Assembly (NCBI GenBank): GCA_963771465.1
Contig: CAVYTU010000009.1
Span: 160,001-224,000, forward strand
Direction: 5' to 3'
DNA from: an uncultured delta proteobacterium
GTDB lineage: Bacteria; Desulfobacterota; Binatia; UBA9968
DNA: 64,000 bases
Shown here: positions 59,851 through 64,000 of the stretch, one piece after another
Layout: every line of letters begins with the position of its first letter
Numbering within the stretch: the first letter of the stretch is position 1
Notes under the pieces: generated by a model
Seen by the model: the letters and a program-made list of their open reading frames with translations, nothing else
Told to the model about the DNA's origin: nothing
The model's database searches: none
Program-made: the position numbers and the translations under genes

Positions 59851-61557
59851 ATGAGTTACGATTTGCTTTTTCGTGGCGGCCGCATCGTCGACGGCTCCGG
59901 GTTACCGCCTTACATGGGCGATATCGCGCTCAAGGATGGAAAGATCGTTGAGATCGGCCGCATACACGGCGGCGCTGTTAAGACGATAAACGTCGACGGC
60001 CTCGTCGTCGCGCCTGGATTTATCGACCATCACACCCACATGGACGGGCAGATCCAGTGGGATCCTTATGCCACCAGCGAGCCCGAGCACGGCATTACGT
60101 CGATTGTCATGGGCAACTGCGGCCTGGCGCTGGCTCCAGTGAAGACTGGAGACGAAGAAGCGCTGATAAAAAGCTTCGTTCGTGTCGAGGCAATCCCGCG
60201 CTCTGTCCTGGAGCAAGGCGTCCGTTGGGGTTGGCATTCCTACGGTGATTATCTCGACCGCTTGGAAGGTCGGTTGGGCATCAACGTCGCTGGACTCGTG
60301 GGCCACATTGCCGTGCGCCAATATGTTTTGGGCGACGCATCGACGGAGCGAGCGGCAACAACCGAAGAAGTCCAGCGCATGAAACAGTTGGTACGAGAGG
60401 CGATGGAGGGCGGCGCGATTGGCTTTTCGACCAACCGCAACGACCGTCATATGCGCGAAGACGGCAAACCGGTGCCGAGCCGGCTGGCCGAAGATGAGGA
60501 AGTGTTCCAGTTGTGCGATGCCCTTGGCGAGCTTAACGCGGGTGTTATCCAGATCAACGAGGGACAAACCAAAATCGCCAAGCACTTCGCGTTGTACGAC
60601 CACGTGGCTCGACGCACGCAGCGCCCCATCGTCTGGCAAATCTTGCGCTACATTTCCTCGCGGCCGAATCTGTGGAAAGAACAGCTCGACGCTGTGGCAG
60701 CTATTTTTCAAAGTGGACAGCGCGCCTATGGTGCTTGCAGTACGATGCCGACGGTACGCCGCTTTACTCTCAAAAACACCCAGGTGTTTGACGAGTTTCC
60801 AACCTGGAAGAACGTGTTATGCATGCCCATCGATGCCCGGCGACAGGCGCTTGCAGACCCGGAAACCCGCCGTAGATTTCGTGCTGACTTTACCGATCCG
60901 CGTCCGACGCTTTTCCACCGTCGCTGGGAATTCGTCAAGGTCGAGAAAGTGGTCAAGTCCGAGAACGAAAAATTCACCGGCAAGAGCGTTGCCGAAGTGG
61001 GAGCCATGTGTGGTGAAGATCCGTTGGACGCATTTCTCAATCTTGCGCTCGGCGAGGATCTCGAAACTGCATTCCAAAACGCCAATTCAGGCGGCGACCA
61101 GCAGGCCATGGCGGAAATTCTTCGCAGCCCCCATGTCTTGATCGGCAACTCCGATGCCGGCGCCCATGTGCAATATGGTGCGCAGTTTGGGTACGGCAGC
61201 ACACTGTTGGGCTTGTGGGTGAGGGAACGGGAAGTGATGAGCTTGGAGTTGGCGGTCCATAAGCTCACTTTTGAAGTGGCGTCCGTTTACGGTCTTGCCG
61301 GCCGGGGATTACTACAGCCAGGCTATGCGGCAGATCTTGCGATATTCGATCCTGGGAAGATCCAGTCGTGCGAACCAGAGTGGGCGCAGGATTACCCGGG
61401 CGGGACCAAGCGGCTGATCCAGCGCGCGCTGGGAATGCATTACACCGTCGTCAATGGACGAGTGATATGTGAAGACGGCCGGTTGAGCGGCGATCTTCCC
61501 GGGCGAGTTCTGCGCACGCCGGCGTACAAAGGGCAAAGCGTCGCAGTGGGTGCTTAG
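59851..61557 (+). CDS. N-acyl-D-amino-acid deacylase-like amidohydrolase
   Basis: APGFIDHHTH, GNCG, SDAGAH and RGLLQPGYAADL. Confidence 0.9.
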   Translation: MSYDLLFRGGRIVDGSGLPPYMGDIALKDGKIVEIGRIHGGAVKTINVDGLVVAPGFIDHHTHMDGQIQWDPYATSEPEHGITSIVMGNCGLALAPVKTGDEEALIKSFVRVEAIPRSVLEQGVRWGWHSYGDYLDRLEGRLGINVAGLVGHIAVRQYVLGDASTERAATTEEVQRMKQLVREAMEGGAIGFSTNRNDRHMREDGKPVPSRLAEDEEVFQLCDALGELNAGVIQINEGQTKIAKHFALYDHVARRTQRPIVWQILRYISSRPNLWKEQLDAVAAIFQSGQRAYGACSTMPTVRRFTLKNTQVFDEFPTWKNVLCMPIDARRQALADPETRRRFRADFTDPRPTLFHRRWEFVKVEKVVKSENEKFTGKSVAEVGAMCGEDPLDAFLNLALGEDLETAFQNANSGGDQQAMAEILRSPHVLIGNSDAGAHVQYGAQFGYGSTLLGLWVREREVMSLELAVHKLTFEVASVYGLAGRGLLQPGYAADLAIFDPGKIQSCEPEWAQDYPGGTKRLIQRALGMHYTVVNGRVICEDGRLSGDLPGRVLRTPAYKGQSVAVGA

Positions 61558-61642
61558 CTCACTGATCGGACGAACGCTTTGAGGAATTGTCACACGGTCA
61601 TCAATGAATTGACCACGCGAACTTGACCAGGAGGAAAATTTA

Positions 61643-62233
61643 ATGGCCAGGATCAAAGGTATAACGGAAAATGATGCCGATGATGAACTGCGAACTATTA
61701 TTGAAGAGCAGAAGAAACGTCATGGCTTTATCTCGAACGCCGTGCAGGTCTCTGCCGTTAGACCGACAATCTATAAAGGAGTGCAGGCGCTCGCCCAGGG
61801 AATTCAGCAATCGGGACTGATACCGCGGGAGCTACGCAATCTGGTTTGCGTCAGGACCGCGCACATCAACGGTTGCCCTTATTGAATTGACAGCAATGCA
61901 TCCGGGGCGATGCAAAACGGAGCTGCGGCAGAGAAAGTCGAAGCAGCGCTGGGAGATTACAAGAAGAACCCGTTGTTTTCCCTGCGCGAGCGGCTGGCGC
62001 TAGAGCTCGCCGAGCGCATGACTTACACAGGCAAACGGGTCACGGATAAGTTTTTCAAGCGTCTGAAGAAACATTTCAGCGATGAGGAGTTGGTGGAATT
62101 GGCCGCGGTGATCGCGCTGGAGAACTTTCGCAGCAAGTTCAACCCGGTCTTCGGCATAGAGGCTAACAACTTCTGCCCTCTGCCCGGAGTCAAAGAAGCT
62201 GCCGACGCCGCCACGCGTCGTTTCCATGAATGA
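61643..62233 (+). CDS. AhpD/carboxymuconolactone-decarboxylase-family selenoprotein (CxxU), 196 aa
   Basis: ORFs 61643-61885 and 61910-62233 are one frame separated by a single TGA (61883-61885). It reads INGCPY-U-IDSN at the family NGCxxC position; AGGAGG RBS. Confidence 0.92.
61897..61914 (+). promoter_or_regulatory. candidate SECIS element
   Basis: Perfect stem TGCATC/GATGCA with loop CGGGGC; an 11-nt spacer separates the UGA from the stem. Confidence 0.75.
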
Positions 62234-62321
62234 GGCGAGACGCGCGCGGGTCTCGCCGTATCTTTAGTACGCCGGGAAAATTCAAAGGTGTGACAGAATT
62301 TAACCACAAAGTACCCTCGTC

Positions 62322-64000
62322 TTAGTCTCCGCGCTCTTGGTTCATCTCGACCAGCGCCCGCAGAACTCTTTCCGGAGTGATCGGCAAATCGCGAATGCGC
62401 ACGCCGACCGCATCGTGAATGGCGTTGGCGATGGCGGGCGCCACGGTTAACGCGCCGGTCTCGCCCGCTCCCTTGGCGCCGAAAGGGCCGTCGTCGTGGG
62501 CCACTTGAACGATGATGGGCTGAACCAGGTCCGGCATGTCCTTGATCGAAGCAACTTGATAATCGAGCAACGAACCGTTGATGAGTTGGCCCTCGTCAAA
62601 GATCATCTCTTCGAACATCGTCAAGCCGAGATGCATCAACGCGGCGCCGAGCAACTGCTGCTCGCAGTGGCGCGGATTGATCGCCGTACCGGTATCGCCC
62701 ACGCTGAAAAGTTTTAACACCTTGACGTGCCCGGTTTCCGTGTCGACTTCGACTTCGGCGGCAGTCGCCGAAGGAAACCAATACTCGGTGCACTTTTCCG
62801 ACTGGCCCGTTTCTGGATCCATCTGTGCTGCCGTCGGTTGACAAACGGCCTCGGCCGCGAGGGTGGTGCCGAGACTGCCGAACTTCGCCAGGAATATCTC
62901 GCCGATCGCCATGCCGCGCTCTTCCATGCCGCGCACAACGATTTTTCCATTGCGCGCGAGCAAATCGCCCGGATCGACTTCCAGCTTCGCGGCGACGACT
63001 TCGCACAGTTCCGTTTTGATCTTTGCCGCAGCCATGCGCACGGCGTTGCCCATGTGGTACGTCGAACGGCTGCCCGCGGTGATCGTGTCGTATGGCGTAA
63101 CGTCGGTATCGGGCTGAACGATATGGACGCGACCCGCGTCCATGCCCAACTCCTCCGCCACGATCTGTGCCATCGTCGTCTCCGATCCCTGGCCCATTTC
63201 CACCGTGCTGCTCAGCACGTTGGCCGTGCCGTCGGCATTGAGAATAACGATGGCGCCGGAAATCGACGGCGTTAGCACCGCCTTCACCCCCGCCGCGATG
63301 CCTTTGCCGCGGCGCTTGGTTCCGCTTTGCGCCAGCTTGGGCTTCGACCATTCGACCGCCTGGGCCGCCTTGCGAATCGCTTCTTTAACACCGAACGAAC
63401 GCACGACGGTGCCGGTGGCGAAGCGCTCTCCTTCGTCTAACGCCGGCGTCAAACGAAACTCCACCGGGTCCGCGCCCAGTGCGCGCGCGATCATATCGGT
63501 TTGTGAGTCATAGGCCCAAATCACTTGCGGCACGCCGAAACCGCGGAACGCGCCGGCCGGCACTTTGTTGGTGTAGACGCAGTAGGAATCGATCCACACG
63601 TTGGGAATGCGATACGGTCCCGCGGAAGTGTAACCTGACTTATGACCGATGCGCGGGCCGATCTCGGCATAGGCGCCGGTGTCCCAATAGACTTCGCACT
63701 TGCGCGCGGTGAGCGCGCCGTTTTTGACGGCGGTCTTAATCTTAGTAACGACTTTGTGCTTGGTGATCGTCAAAAACTCTTCTTCGCGCGTGAGCGCGTA
63801 ACGCACCGGCTTTTTCGTGATCAGCGCGAGAACGGTGACCAGCGGTTCCAGCTTGGCGTAGAGCTTGGCACCATAGCCGCCACCGAGGTACGGCACGCGC
63901 ACGCGTATCCGGTGCATGGGAATGCCGAATGTCGTGGCAAGCTCCGTGCGCACGTAGGACGGCGACTGACTCGCCGTCCAGACGTTGATCCGCTGGTGCT
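62322..64000 (-). CDS. xanthine dehydrogenase family molybdopterin-binding subunit (5' end outside the window)
   Basis: LGGGYGAK, AFRGFG, MGQG, AGSRST and GPFGAKGAGE; the frame runs off the window edge. Confidence 0.92.
   Translation of the reverse strand, partial: HQRINVWTASQSPSYVRTELATTFGIPMHRIRVRVPYLGGGYGAKLYAKLEPLVTVLALITKKPVRYALTREEEFLTITKHKVVTKIKTAVKNGALTARKCEVYWDTGAYAEIGPRIGHKSGYTSAGPYRIPNVWIDSYCVYTNKVPAGAFRGFGVPQVIWAYDSQTDMIARALGADPVEFRLTPALDEGERFATGTVVRSFGVKEAIRKAAQAVEWSKPKLAQSGTKRRGKGIAAGVKAVLTPSISGAIVILNADGTANVLSSTVEMGQGSETTMAQIVAEELGMDAGRVHIVQPDTDVTPYDTITAGSRSTYHMGNAVRMAAAKIKTELCEVVAAKLEVDPGDLLARNGKIVVRGMEERGMAIGEIFLAKFGSLGTTLAAEAVCQPTAAQMDPETGQSEKCTEYWFPSATAAEVEVDTETGHVKVLKLFSVGDTGTAINPRHCEQQLLGAALMHLGLTMFEEMIFDEGQLINGSLLDYQVASIKDMPDLVQPIIVQVAHDDGPFGAKGAGETGALTVAPAIANAIHDAVGVRIRDLPITPERVLRALVEMNQERGD

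Noticed and set aside
1-64000. Genome-wide UGA reassignment (to Trp or Gly) as the explanation for the in-frame TGAs
   Set aside because: Many intact genes end at TGA, including ATGA/GTGA overlaps. Trp is encoded by TGG, and in the two assignable families the internal TGA sits at a Cys position.

Overview
A GC-rich bacterial chromosomal window. The many amidohydrolases, NMT1/SsuA-like solute-binding proteins and heme-oxygenase-like proteins suggest Candidatus Binatia or a related Deltaproteobacteria-type MAG; this is inference only. From left to right it holds: (1) a stress/DNA-repair island with ku, a MerR-HTH/TPR protein, ligD, a non-canonical polX-PHP, a hypothetical, DUF763, a TreS-like GH13 and a Gfo oxidoreductase; (2) heme-oxygenase-like/PqqC-CADD-fold genes; (3) a minus-strand four-gene operon whose first and last genes contain in-frame TGA codons; (4) aromatic-catabolism-like enzymes, recQ, a molybdoenzyme with an NrfC-NrfD fusion, and a long amidohydrolase/TPP/SBP cluster; (5) a Rieske pair, Fe(III)-type ABC genes, orphan tadE-tadE-tadG, tamAB, a rhomboid, a D-aminoacylase-like gene, an AhpD-like gene and a partial XDH gene. 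The main result is missed by the ORF track: three probable selenoprotein genes. These are AhpD-like CxxU (61643-62233), a secreted DUF411 UGCC protein (20152-20613), and a 73-aa protein with two in-frame UGAs in a U-H-N-N-U motif (18484-18705) that I cannot assign to any family. In each gene the (last) UGA is followed by a hairpin whose loop begins CGGG, a candidate lineage SECIS. Several single-base frameshifts in otherwise intact genes look like assembly indels. No rRNA, tRNA, CRISPR array or intact IS element was recognised, and selA/selB/selC/selD are not in the window.
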